This document shows positions 18,392 through 27,586 of a stretch of 64,000 nucleotides of DNA, piece by piece. Both the position numbers and the translations under genes were made by a program. Origin of the DNA: an uncultured Cytophagia bacterium (GTDB lineage Bacteria; Zhuqueibacterota; Zhuqueibacteria; Oceanimicrobiales; CAZGRP01); NCBI GenBank assembly GCA_964527995.1, contig CAZGRP010000016.1:806-64805 (forward strand), written 5' to 3'. Numbering within the stretch: the stretch's first letter is position 1; each line of letters starts with the position of its first letter. A model generated the notes under the pieces. That model saw only the letters and a program-made list of their open reading frames with translations, made no database searches and was not told the origin of the DNA.

Positions 18392-19830
18392 TTCCAGAGA
18401 ACGTCCAACACATCCACATGATCGCCGTCTGCGGCACCGGTATGGGGTCTCTGGCCGGTATGCTCAAAACCCGCGGCTACCACATCACCGGCTCGGACGA
18501 ACACATCTATCCTCCCATGAGCACGTTCTTGGAATCGATCGGCATCTCGGTCCAGGAAGGATTCGACGCCCGCCGGTTGCAGCCGGCTCCCGACCTGGTG
18601 ATCATCGGAAATGCTGTTTCGAGAGGAAATCCCGAGGCAGAGGAAGTGTTGAACCGCAAAATCCCCTACATGTCCCTGCCCGAGGCGCTGAAAGAGTTCT
18701 TCCTTCGCGGAAAATACTCTTGCGTCGTTGCGGGCACCCACGGCAAGACCACAACGAGCTCTTTGCTGGCGTGGACATTGGAGGCTTCCGGACGCAAGCC
18801 CGGATTCTTCATCGGTGGCCTACCGGAAAACTTCGGCCGTGGATTCCAACTTGGCGGCGGACCTCACTTCGTGCTCGAGGGGGACGAGTACGACTCTGCC
18901 TTTTTCGATAAAGCACCCAAATTCTTGCACTACCTGCCGGACCTGGTGATTCTGAACAATGTCGAATTCGATCACGCCGACATTTACCGGAGTTTTGAGG
19001 ACGTCGTCATTGCCTTTCGTCGTCTGATCAACATCATTCCTGGCAATGGGCACCTGGTGGCCGGGATCGATGATCCGGTTGTCCAGGACCTCACCCGCTA
19101 TGCCTTTTCTCATGTGCACACCTTCGGTTTCAGTAGCGATGCCGAATGGCGGGCTGTCGACGTTCGCTTCGGCCCTGAAGGAACTGCGTTCCGCGTCGAG
19201 AAGGAGGGGCAAACCGTCGCAGACCTCTCGCTGCCGCTGAGCGGCGACCACAATGTCCGCAATGCCCTGGGATGCTTCGTGGCGGCGCAGACCCTCGGCT
19301 TGTCGGCAGAGGAGATCGCTGCCGCTTTCCGGAGGTTTCGCGGCGTGCGCAAGCGGCTTCAGTTGCGCGGTGAGGTGGATGGCGTGCTCGTGTTCGACGA
19401 TTTCGCTCATCATCCTACCGAAGTGCGCGAGACCTTGAACGGCTTGCGACAGCGGTATCCACAGCGTCGAATCTGGGCGTTCTTCGAACCTCGTACTGCG
19501 ACCACCAAGCGGAAGATCTTTGAGGATGCCTACGCTCGCGCATTCGAAGCCGCCGACCATGTGGTCATCGCGCCGCTTTACCGGCCCGATAAGGTGCCGG
19601 AGGGAGAGCGACTCTCGGTGGAGCAGTTGGCTGAGCGGCTGCGCACGGCCGGACTCCATGCCGTGGTCTGTCCGCTGGGCGAAGCGATGCTCGAGTTGCT
19701 CGGAGCTGAGGTCCAGCAGGGTGACATCTTGCTCTTCATGAGCAATGGTGACTTCGGCGGAGTGCCCGACAGGTTGATGCAGAAATGGGCGGAGCGCCGG
19801 AGCGTTCCGGCGAACATAACCAAAAGTTGA
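18388..19830 (+). CDS. mpl: Murein peptide ligase
   Basis: VCGTGMGSLA, YPPMST, GTHGKTTT, EGDEYDSAFFDK, EFDHADI, DDFAHHPT. Confidence 0.93.
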   Translation: MIPENVQHIHMIAVCGTGMGSLAGMLKTRGYHITGSDEHIYPPMSTFLESIGISVQEGFDARRLQPAPDLVIIGNAVSRGNPEAEEVLNRKIPYMSLPEALKEFFLRGKYSCVVAGTHGKTTTSSLLAWTLEASGRKPGFFIGGLPENFGRGFQLGGGPHFVLEGDEYDSAFFDKAPKFLHYLPDLVILNNVEFDHADIYRSFEDVVIAFRRLINIIPGNGHLVAGIDDPVVQDLTRYAFSHVHTFGFSSDAEWRAVDVRFGPEGTAFRVEKEGQTVADLSLPLSGDHNVRNALGCFVAAQTLGLSAEEIAAAFRRFRGVRKRLQLRGEVDGVLVFDDFAHHPTEVRETLNGLRQRYPQRRIWAFFEPRTATTKRKIFEDAYARAFEAADHVVIAPLYRPDKVPEGERLSVEQLAERLRTAGLHAVVCPLGEAMLELLGAEVQQGDILLFMSNGDFGGVPDRLMQKWAERRSVPANITKS

Positions 19831-19878
19831 CACTGTGATTGCATGTGCGACGACATCAACACAGAGAAAGGACGAAGG

Positions 19879-20355
19879 ATGAGAGGAAGACCGAGAACCC
19901 GATACCAGCGACGTCCCCCTTACGACAAGCGCAAGATTATCCAGATCCTGGAAGACGTGCAGCAGCGCGCTGAAGAATCGTACGAGCCGATTCAGCTCGA
20001 AAACCTGAACGCTTTCGAGCGCAAGAAAGTCCATCAGTTTTTCGAGGATGATCCTGACTTTGAAACGCGCACTTACCGCAGCGATGACGAACGTTTCGTC
20101 CTCTGGGTCTACCCCGTCGGCAAGCTCAAGGCCTTTGCCGAGGAGAAGGCCATGGAGGCCAAGGAGACCGGCAAGAGCGTGGCCCTGCCCCCGATGAGCA
20201 GCTACGAGCGCTTTCTCGTGCACAGTGCCTTGAAGGACTGGGGCGACATCGAGACGCTCAGCGAGGGAGAGGGCGACGAGCGTCATGTTGTCATCCACCC
20301 GATGCACTTCGGCCGCAAGCTGAAGAAGATTGCCAAGAGAATCAAGCTGATCTGA
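19879..20355 (+). CDS. Tandem R3H-domain nucleic-acid-binding protein
   Basis: LNAFERKKVH and LPPMSSYERFLVH..SEGEGDERHVVI R3H motifs. Confidence 0.8.
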   Translation: MRGRPRTRYQRRPPYDKRKIIQILEDVQQRAEESYEPIQLENLNAFERKKVHQFFEDDPDFETRTYRSDDERFVLWVYPVGKLKAFAEEKAMEAKETGKSVALPPMSSYERFLVHSALKDWGDIETLSEGEGDERHVVIHPMHFGRKLKKIAKRIKLI

Positions 20356-20377
20356 GGGGCGTCGCTGTAACCAGTCG

Positions 20378-20410
20378 AGAGACCCGCGAGGCGGCGGGTC
20401 TTTTCTTTTT
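20378..20410 (+). terminator. Rho-independent terminator
   Basis: agacccgc/gcgggtct stem followed by a T-rich tail. Confidence 0.75.
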
Positions 20411-20455
20411 CTGCGGGAGAGTGGCAGTCTCCAGGTGAACAGGAGGACGAACACA

Positions 20456-21094
20456 ATGAGTGGTGAAAAGTACTTCGATCAGGTCGCAGCGGAGTGGGAT
20501 CGCCTGAGGGCCTCCTTCTTCAGCGAGAAGGTGCGCGAAAAGGCGTTTGCCGTTGCCGGCGTCGAGCCAGGCAGAATCGCTGCCGACGTCGGCGCAGGCA
20601 CGGGTTTCATCACCGAAGGCCTGGTTCGCAAGGGGGTGCAGGTGATCGCCGTGGAGCCGTCTGCCGGAATGTTGCAACAACTGCGAGCAAAACTCGACGG
20701 TCGGGGTGAAATCGACTTCCGCATGGGGGAAGTCGAGGCGTTGCCCATCGAGGACCAGACGGTTGATTATGTGTTCGCCAACATGGTCCTCCATCATGTG
20801 CCTTCGCCACCGGCCGCGGTGAAGGAAATGGCCCGCATCTTGAGGCCGGGCGGCAAGCTCGTTGTGACGGATATGGACGAGCATTCCTTCGAATTCCTGC
20901 GACAAGAGCAGCACGATCTTTGGCTCGGGTTCAAGAGAGTGGATGTGCGCAGATGGTTCGAGGAGGCCGGGCTCGCGGACGTTGTCGTTGACTGTGTGGG
21001 TGAGAACTGTTGCGCCGAGTCGACCAGCGGGGACGAGGTCGCCAGTGTCAGCCTTTTTGTGGCAAGCGGTGTGCGTACGTCCAGCAAGCGTTGA
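20456..21094 (+). CDS. Class I SAM-dependent methyltransferase (UbiE/ArsR-associated type)
   Basis: ADVGAGTG, NMVLHH, RILRPGG, HDLWLGF; AGGAGG RBS. Confidence 0.88.
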   Translation: MSGEKYFDQVAAEWDRLRASFFSEKVREKAFAVAGVEPGRIAADVGAGTGFITEGLVRKGVQVIAVEPSAGMLQQLRAKLDGRGEIDFRMGEVEALPIEDQTVDYVFANMVLHHVPSPPAAVKEMARILRPGGKLVVTDMDEHSFEFLRQEQHDLWLGFKRVDVRRWFEEAGLADVVVDCVGENCCAESTSGDEVASVSLFVASGVRTSSKR

Positions 21095-21273
21095 CGCGTC
21101 GCGGTGAGAAGAGCAATCGATCTGTTCGGCGGACCGCAGGCCATCGACGCCGCATCTTCGAGCTCGTGGCTGCGAGAGCCTTGATGGACCGATCGGTCGA
21201 GGGAATCGTCAATGCCCTGCGGTCTTTGGACGGCTCGGTCGAGCTAATGGCTCTCCGAGAAGGGCCATTCTTG

Positions 21274-21300
21274 TGGATTCCTGTTTTCGCAGGAATGACA
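21274..21300. repeat. REP-like palindrome
   Basis: tggattcctgttttcgcaggaatgaca, resembling the widespread GGATTCCCGCTTTCGCGGGAATGAC REP. Confidence 0.7.
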
Positions 21301-21481
21301 AACCAAAGGTAATTCTCGACTCTTGGACAGCCCCGAGTGGAGATGATGTAACTGCTCGACACAGACGTGTTCCTTGGAAAACTCCTGGCTCAGGAGCACG
21401 GACTAAAAGTCGTCATCATGGGTGTCCATTTTCAGCAGGTTCAGGACGATATCGAGGTTGTCTTTCTCTAACCTTCTTCCC

Positions 21482-23194
21482 ATGCGATCTTCTGCACGCG
21501 TTCTTGGCCTCGTCATAACTTTCGCCTCCGGATGGATGGGGCTCCTGGGGGCTGGCTGCCAGTCGTCGCCAAAGGCGGACCGCATCTTCGTTGGCGGCCA
21601 TGTCGTCACCATGGACGAGCGATTTCCGGAGATCGAAGCAGTGGCCGTCGGCGGGGGCCGGTTTCTGGCAGTGGGAACAACCGCTCAAATCCGCAAGGCC
21701 TATCCGGCGGCCGAGGTCGTAGATCTGGGGGGAAGGACCGTCATGCCCGGCATCATCGAGGCGCACGGACATCTGCTGAGCCTGGGCAAGAGTCTCCTGG
21801 AGCTGAATGTCAAGGGCGTCGGCGAGCCGGAAGAAGTCGTCGAGCGTGTCCGGAAGAGGGTGGAGAAGACGCCGCCTGGCGAGTGGATCGTGGGTTGGGG
21901 TTGGGACGAGGGAGCCTGGGCGGCACACTATCCCAGCAACCAGGCCTTGAGCCGCGCCGCGCCCGACAATCCGGTTTTCCTGACGGGACTTCACGGCTTC
22001 GCTGGCTGGGCCAACCGCCGCGCTCTGGAAATCGCCGGCATCACCGCGGACACCCCCGATCCGCCGAGGGGAAAGATTCTCAAGGACGCAGCGACCGGAG
22101 AGCCGACGGGCATTTTGATGAACGCCGCCCAGGAGCTGGTGACCCGACACATCCCACCGCTGAGCCTGGAGCAGACGGAAAGGGCTTTGAAGCTGGCCGC
22201 CGAGGAATGCCTGAGGAACGGGCTCACCACCGTTCACCTGGCGGGCATATCGGCCAGGACACTCGAAGCGCTGCGATCGCTCGTACGGAAGGACGAGCTG
22301 AAGCTCCGCGTCTACGCCTTGCTCGATGCCTCTGACGCCGATCTGCTGCAGCCGTTCTTCGAGAACGGACCCGAGGTCGATTCCGGCCACAGGCTGACCG
22401 TGCGCGGGATCAAAGTGTTTGCCGATGGTGCTCTCGGCTCCCGCGGCGCCGCCCTGACCGAGCCCTACAGCGACGCACCCCAAACCAGGGGACAGCTCAC
22501 CGCTCCCAAGGATTCACTCTACCGCATCACCGTCCGCGCCCTGCGCGCCGGGCTGCAGGTTGCGGTTCACGCCATCGGCGACCGCGCGAATCGCATTACC
22601 CTTGATGCCTATGCCCAAGCCTTGAAAGAGGTGCCGGCTGCGAAAGATCCGCGCCTGCGCATCGAACATGCCCAGGTGGTCGCTCCGGAAGATGTGCAGC
22701 GTTTTGCAGGGCTGAACGTCATCGCCAGCATGCAGCCGGTTCATTGCACCTCGGACATGGGCTGGGCAGAGGACAGGCTCGGGCCGCGCCGCATCCGCTG
22801 GGCCTACGCCTGGCGATCTTTCTTGGACGCCGGCGTGCATCTGCCGCTCAGCTCCGACTACCCTGGAGAGACGCTGAACCCTTTCTGGGGCATGTACGCC
22901 GCCGAAACACGGCAGACGCCGGAGGGTGATCCTCCGGGTGGCTGGTATCCCGAACAACGCCTGAAGCGCCAGGAGGTGCTGCGCGGCTACACCGTCGAGG
23001 CGGCCTATGCCGGTTTCGAGGAGAAGATGAAAGGGAGGATCGCGCCGGGCATGCTGGCGGACTTCATCGTCCTTTCCGACGATATCCGCACCGTGCCTTC
23101 CAGGGCTCTTCTGAAGATAAAGGTGTTGCAGACCTACGTCGGTGGCGAGCTGGTGTTTGAGGCCGGGGGAGGAGCGTCAGACCCAATCCCGTAA
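21482..23194 (+). CDS. Amidohydrolase_3 (YtcJ-like) metallo-hydrolase, probable lipoprotein
   Basis: PGIIEAHGH, KVFADGALGSRGA, VHAIGDRAN, RIEHAQ, SMQPVH, SSDYP; LLGAGC lipobox-like. Confidence 0.9.
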   Translation: MRSSARVLGLVITFASGWMGLLGAGCQSSPKADRIFVGGHVVTMDERFPEIEAVAVGGGRFLAVGTTAQIRKAYPAAEVVDLGGRTVMPGIIEAHGHLLSLGKSLLELNVKGVGEPEEVVERVRKRVEKTPPGEWIVGWGWDEGAWAAHYPSNQALSRAAPDNPVFLTGLHGFAGWANRRALEIAGITADTPDPPRGKILKDAATGEPTGILMNAAQELVTRHIPPLSLEQTERALKLAAEECLRNGLTTVHLAGISARTLEALRSLVRKDELKLRVYALLDASDADLLQPFFENGPEVDSGHRLTVRGIKVFADGALGSRGAALTEPYSDAPQTRGQLTAPKDSLYRITVRALRAGLQVAVHAIGDRANRITLDAYAQALKEVPAAKDPRLRIEHAQVVAPEDVQRFAGLNVIASMQPVHCTSDMGWAEDRLGPRRIRWAYAWRSFLDAGVHLPLSSDYPGETLNPFWGMYAAETRQTPEGDPPGGWYPEQRLKRQEVLRGYTVEAAYAGFEEKMKGRIAPGMLADFIVLSDDIRTVPSRALLKIKVLQTYVGGELVFEAGGGASDPIP

Positions 23195-23281
23195 AGAAAT
23201 GCGTCGTTGTGGGGTGCAGTTCATTGCTGGGAGGGCCATGGCGGCCGAATCGTCCTGGTGTGACTCTTGGCGCCGCAGCTC

Positions 23282-24886
23282 TCACTCCACCCAAATCGGA
23301 TTGCTCAGCGCCCAGTGCCGCCTGTGCTTGTCACCGGTTTCTACTTCGGCGCGCACGTAGGAAGGTGTTTCCAGTGAACGCAGAGGAAAGTCCGCCGACA
23401 AAGCGTAGGCATCATCGAACTCGACCATCTCCCTCTCGATCTCCTCGCGATCCTGCCCGATCACACCGCGGTAGACCCGCACCCGCCTCAGCCGGCCGAA
23501 CTCGGCCGTCGATCGTGCCAGAATGCGAAGCAGGCCGCCGCCCGAGGCCGTGCCCCCCATGCGTGTGACCTCCCCGTTGTGGCTGTCGACCTGCACGGAA
23601 ACAAAAGGACCGTCCGTGACCATGCAGCGGCCGGCGCGCAGGGCTGCCAGGATCGCTTCAACTGATCGCTCCCCGTGCACATGAACCGCCGTACGCACCT
23701 TGCCAAACAGGTGGTCGTGGTGCTCGCGCATCGTGAAGAAAGGGAAGCCGATCTGCCGAAAGCGGTTGAAGTTGCCGTGGGCGTCGTTGCCGCCGTAGAG
23801 ATAGAGTCTTTGTCCGGCAAGGAGCTGTCGCACCCACTGCTCGAGCCCTTCCCTGAGCCCCACATCGGAGCCGTTCCAAACCTGCAGGCCCGCCAGGTCT
23901 GGATGCCGGCAGTCGACATCCTCCCAGAAGCCACGTTGGACGAGCAGCCATTGCAGGAAGGGCGGCCGCGCCGCCGGATGCGCGGCAATCGCCAGCGCCT
24001 CTTCGGAAAGCTGATCGAGCACTTCTTCGATGCTCATCTCGGGTCGGGTGCGGAGCCAGCGTTCGGCGCCGTCGCCGCTTCCGGGAAAGAATCGCCGCGA
24101 ATTCAACACCAGGAAGTGGACGTTGCGGCCGCGGGCATTGGCGCACGACACTTCCTCGCCCGGCAAAACGACCACATCGCGCTGCTGCCGGTTGATCTCC
24201 TCGACCTCCTCCCAGAGGGCCTGCCACTTCTCGAGATTCGGATCGTTGCTGAGATAGTCGTCGGTATGATCGTCGAGGTCGTAGGAGTGGTCGGTAACCG
24301 CGAAGAACCCAAGCCCCATCGCCTTTGCCATGTTGACAGCGGCTGCAATGGGTGCGCCGAACTCTACCTGGTCGTGCGTGTAGGTGGAATGAGTGTGCAG
24401 ATCGCCGTAGATCCACCCGGCGTGCCGCGGCAGAGGCTGGCTGGCGATGAGTACCGAAAGCGGCTCGTGGCTGGTGCCGATGTGGTTGTCGTTGTGGCAG
24501 CGCAGTCTTCGCCCGCTTACGCTATACTCGATCTCGACATCCAGCGACATCTTGCCGCTCTCGGGCGCGTCCATCCGGAACAGGCGCCACCACAACGGCT
24601 GGCCGATTTCAAGGTCGTGCAGATGGAAGGGGCGGCGCCAGGTCTTTCCATCGGCAGCAGTGAGGGTGAGGGTCACGCAGTGTAGTGCCAGGGGATAGCG
24701 GTGGGCGTCTTTGACCAGGAGGAGAACCGGCAGCGGTTGCCCGGGCTCTACTCGGTGCGGAGCATCGGCGATGATTTCGGGCTCGCGCCTTTTGAGGCGG
24801 CTGTAGAGGCCTCTGAAGCTGTAGTGCGTCTCGGCATACAGCAGGAAGCCGCAGCCGAGAAGGCCGGAGAGGAGGTCAAGCGCCAT
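23282..24886 (-). CDS. PHP-domain metallohydrolase (CehA/McbA-like)
   Basis: GDLHTHS, VTDH, GEEVS, AAHP, GNDAH. Confidence 0.8.
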   Translation of the reverse strand: MALDLLSGLLGCGFLLYAETHYSFRGLYSRLKRREPEIIADAPHRVEPGQPLPVLLLVKDAHRYPLALHCVTLTLTAADGKTWRRPFHLHDLEIGQPLWWRLFRMDAPESGKMSLDVEIEYSVSGRRLRCHNDNHIGTSHEPLSVLIASQPLPRHAGWIYGDLHTHSTYTHDQVEFGAPIAAAVNMAKAMGLGFFAVTDHSYDLDDHTDDYLSNDPNLEKWQALWEEVEEINRQQRDVVVLPGEEVSCANARGRNVHFLVLNSRRFFPGSGDGAERWLRTRPEMSIEEVLDQLSEEALAIAAHPAARPPFLQWLLVQRGFWEDVDCRHPDLAGLQVWNGSDVGLREGLEQWVRQLLAGQRLYLYGGNDAHGNFNRFRQIGFPFFTMREHHDHLFGKVRTAVHVHGERSVEAILAALRAGRCMVTDGPFVSVQVDSHNGEVTRMGGTASGGGLLRILARSTAEFGRLRRVRVYRGVIGQDREEIEREMVEFDDAYALSADFPLRSLETPSYVRAEVETGDKHRRHWALSNPIWVE

Positions 24887-26066
24887 CGCCTCTGAGATCG
24901 GTTTGGGCGGTGGTGGTTTCGCTGATGCGTTTCATCTTGCCAGGTGTTTCCCACTCGTAGCGCACGCCTTTCCAGTGGACGGTCGTTGGAAACAAAACCA
25001 CCGGTGCGAAAAACGTCGTGTAGAGGAAGTAGAAGGCTTCGAAGGGGAGCAGGTACCGCAACAAGTCTCGGCGATGCAGGCGACCTGTGCTGGGCCAGAG
25101 CAGAGCCGTATCCGCGGCAATGACCGACAGGAGAGCCACCAGGCTCAGCAGAGACGAGCCAGGTAGCACGAGGCCAAGGGGCAGAAGAACATGTGTCAGG
25201 AATGCCACCGCCATCAGCGACTTTGCGAACAGAGACACTTCCTTGCCACCGGCAGCCCAGCGCTTGCGCTGGTGGTAGAACTCCGTGAATGTGGCCATCG
25301 GCTTGCTGAGAACGGTGTTGCGCGGGTCGATCGGGAAGCAGACGCGCCAGCCAGTCCGGCGGATCACGGCCTGCATCAGGTTGAAGTCCTCGATGATGCT
25401 GAACCCGAGGTTGCGGTAGCCTCCGACCGCTTCGTACGCGGCACGGCGGAAGGAGAAGTTGTTTCCGAGAACACTCACCGGCCTGCCGAGTCCAGCCGCC
25501 CCCGAGCCGACGGTCAGCAGATAGAGCCAGTCGAGGGACTGCACCTTGCCGGGGAGGCTGGTTCCGTCGCCGGGCTGGTCGAGGAGCGTAAACCCGGCCA
25601 CGATGCCGACATCCGGGGCGTAGTACGAAACGTACGTGCGAACCCAGCTCCGCGGTACGGTGCAGTCGGCGTCGGTGACCAGGATGATGTCACCGCGGCT
25701 ATACTCGATCCCCTGGCAGATGGCGCTGGCTTTGCCCGATAGCCCTTGCACGCGCCGGCGCAGGCCGATGGCGCGCACGATGGGGTAGCGCGCCTCATAC
25801 CTGCGGGCGATCTCCAGGGTGCGGTCCGTCGAGCCATCGTCGAGGATCAGAATCTCCAGCAGGTCGTGGGGGTACTCTACGCCGACGAGAGATTCCAGGC
25901 ATGCGGGCAGGTTCTTCTCTTCATTCCGGGCGGCCACGAGGATCGATACGGTCGGGGTACCTTGTGAGCGCCGAAACCGGGCCCGGGAAAGACCCCGGCG
26001 CAGCAGCGCAGCCTGCGTCAGGTAGGCCAGGACAACAAGAAAGACCGCCCATCCGAGAGGTTGCAT
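24876..26066 (-). CDS. Membrane-bound glycosyltransferase family 2
   Basis: AARNEE, DDGSTD, TDADC, ED, QRKRW. Confidence 0.92.
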   Translation of the reverse strand: MQPLGWAVFLVVLAYLTQAALLRRGLSRARFRRSQGTPTVSILVAARNEEKNLPACLESLVGVEYPHDLLEILILDDGSTDRTLEIARRYEARYPIVRAIGLRRRVQGLSGKASAICQGIEYSRGDIILVTDADCTVPRSWVRTYVSYYAPDVGIVAGFTLLDQPGDGTSLPGKVQSLDWLYLLTVGSGAAGLGRPVSVLGNNFSFRRAAYEAVGGYRNLGFSIIEDFNLMQAVIRRTGWRVCFPIDPRNTVLSKPMATFTEFYHQRKRWAAGGKEVSLFAKSLMAVAFLTHVLLPLGLVLPGSSLLSLVALLSVIAADTALLWPSTGRLHRRDLLRYLLPFEAFYFLYTTFFAPVVLFPTTVHWKGVRYEWETPGKMKRISETTTAQTDLRGDGA

Positions 26067-26090
26067 CGCCCGTTTGCCTCTTGCGATGAG

Positions 26091-27278
26091 CTACAGGTCG
26101 TTCCATTCAGCGAACTGCGTCTCCTCCAACGCAGGCTCGGGTTGCAGGCGAGACTCGAAGCTGTGCCCTTTCCAGCGGAACGAGCCCACCTGCCCCAAGG
26201 CACCGAAGAGGACCACGTACGGTACGTGGAGCACGCTCGCGACGGGGTAGTAGCGCAAGAGATCGTCTTGCCTCAAGACCCGGCTCCCCCGAAGCAGGAA
26301 GGCGATTTCAGCGGCTGCTTTGGCGGCCAGAGAAGCAAGGGCGGCGGCGGCGTAGAGCGGCACGAAGAAGGACACCAGCGGCGTGACCAAAAGCAGGGCA
26401 TTATACAGCCAAACGCCGGTGAGAGAGAGCGCCAGCGCCTTGCGATAATGCCGCCCCTTCGAGGCATAGCGAACGCGCTGGTGGAAGAATTCGCTCAGAC
26501 TGCCAGGGGGCCGCGTCCAGGTGCGGGCTGCCGGCTCGAAAGCGTAACGGATCTGCCAGTCTGTGTTCTGGTTGATCAAATGAAGGAGAAGGTCGTCGTC
26601 GCCCGAGATCAGGTGCCGCACCGAATGATAGCCGCCGACCTCCCAGAACGTCTCCTTGCGGTAACCCATGTTGCCGCCCGTGCAGGTCAGGCTGAACCGG
26701 TTTCCAATGCCGGCCGCTCCGACACAGGCCAGGGCGTAATATTCGAGGGCCAGCAACTTCTGCCAGATTCCGGCCGCTGGCCCGACTTCATACGCAGTGT
26801 AGCCGGCAACGAAGCCGACGCCCTGACCGAAGTGGCGCATCATGGTCGAAATCCACCTCGGCGGCACCACGCAGTCGGCGTCGGTGGTGAGAATCACATC
26901 GCCACGTGCCTCCTCGATGCCAAGCGTCAGCGCCCGCTTTTTGGGAGCCATGTCAGGGTCGAGATCATCGATTCGCAGCAGCCGCAGATTCGCATGGCGG
27001 AGTGCCAGGCGCTCTGCGACTTCGGAGGTGCGGTCTGTAGACCGGTCGTCGACCACCAGGACTTCGTAGCGGTCGGCCGGATAGTCCTGACTCAAGAGGC
27101 TGCGCAGACAGCGGCCCAGGTTCTTTTCTTCGTTCCGCGCGGCGATGAGGACGGTGACGAATGGCTGTTCGGAACTTCGTGGCAAGGGCAGTCTTGCCAG
27201 GCCGTTTCGCAGCCAGAACAGGGTGAGCACATAGGCGACCGTCAGCAGAAGAAGCAGAGCGATCAGCACAGAGACCAT
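26091..27278 (-). CDS. Membrane-bound glycosyltransferase family 2
   Basis: AARNEE, DDRSTD, TDADC, SGDDD, QRVRYASK. Confidence 0.92.
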   Translation of the reverse strand: MVSVLIALLLLLTVAYVLTLFWLRNGLARLPLPRSSEQPFVTVLIAARNEEKNLGRCLRSLLSQDYPADRYEVLVVDDRSTDRTSEVAERLALRHANLRLLRIDDLDPDMAPKKRALTLGIEEARGDVILTTDADCVVPPRWISTMMRHFGQGVGFVAGYTAYEVGPAAGIWQKLLALEYYALACVGAAGIGNRFSLTCTGGNMGYRKETFWEVGGYHSVRHLISGDDDLLLHLINQNTDWQIRYAFEPAARTWTRPPGSLSEFFHQRVRYASKGRHYRKALALSLTGVWLYNALLLVTPLVSFFVPLYAAAALASLAAKAAAEIAFLLRGSRVLRQDDLLRYYPVASVLHVPYVVLFGALGQVGSFRWKGHSFESRLQPEPALEETQFAEWNDL

Positions 27279-27340
27279 CGCCTCCCGTCTTGCGAACTCA
27301 GATCAGAAGCCTTCATGGGACCGGCCATCATCCTCTCAAT

Positions 27341-27375
27341 AAAGTGCAAAATGCAAAAGGCAAAGCGCAGAATGG
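27341..27375. repeat. Degenerate heptamer tandem array
   Basis: aaagtgc aaaatgc aaaaggc aaagcgc agaatgg. Confidence 0.6.
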
Positions 27376-27435
27376 GGGATACTGTGCGCGTCGTGCGTAT
27401 AGCTGACGATAAGTGGATCGGAGAATGAGCGCCCC

Positions 27436-27464
27436 AAAGTACCGATCCACCCCCAAAAAATCAA
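27436..27464 (-). promoter_or_regulatory. Putative sigma70 promoter for the GT2-GT2-PHP genes
   Basis: Minus strand TTGATT-N17-TACTTT. Confidence 0.55.
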
Positions 27465-27586
27465 GGGTATTCTCCTGAATCTGCCGGCTGGCCTGAGTCG
27501 GCGTGCGACCATGAGTTTTGCTCGTCCCACCCCAGGCTCGGCGGCTCTTCCTCCGTAGATCCTGGCATTGCCCACCGCGTCCCCAC

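Noticed and set aside
18820-20454. 544-aa minus-strand ORF (likewise 56813..58456, 42499..43911, 26061..27428, 33265..34656)
   Set aside because: Antisense to well-supported genes; no independent coding evidence.
21094-21480. Short ORFs around the REP element
   Set aside because: No recognisable motif; may be remnants but cannot be supported.
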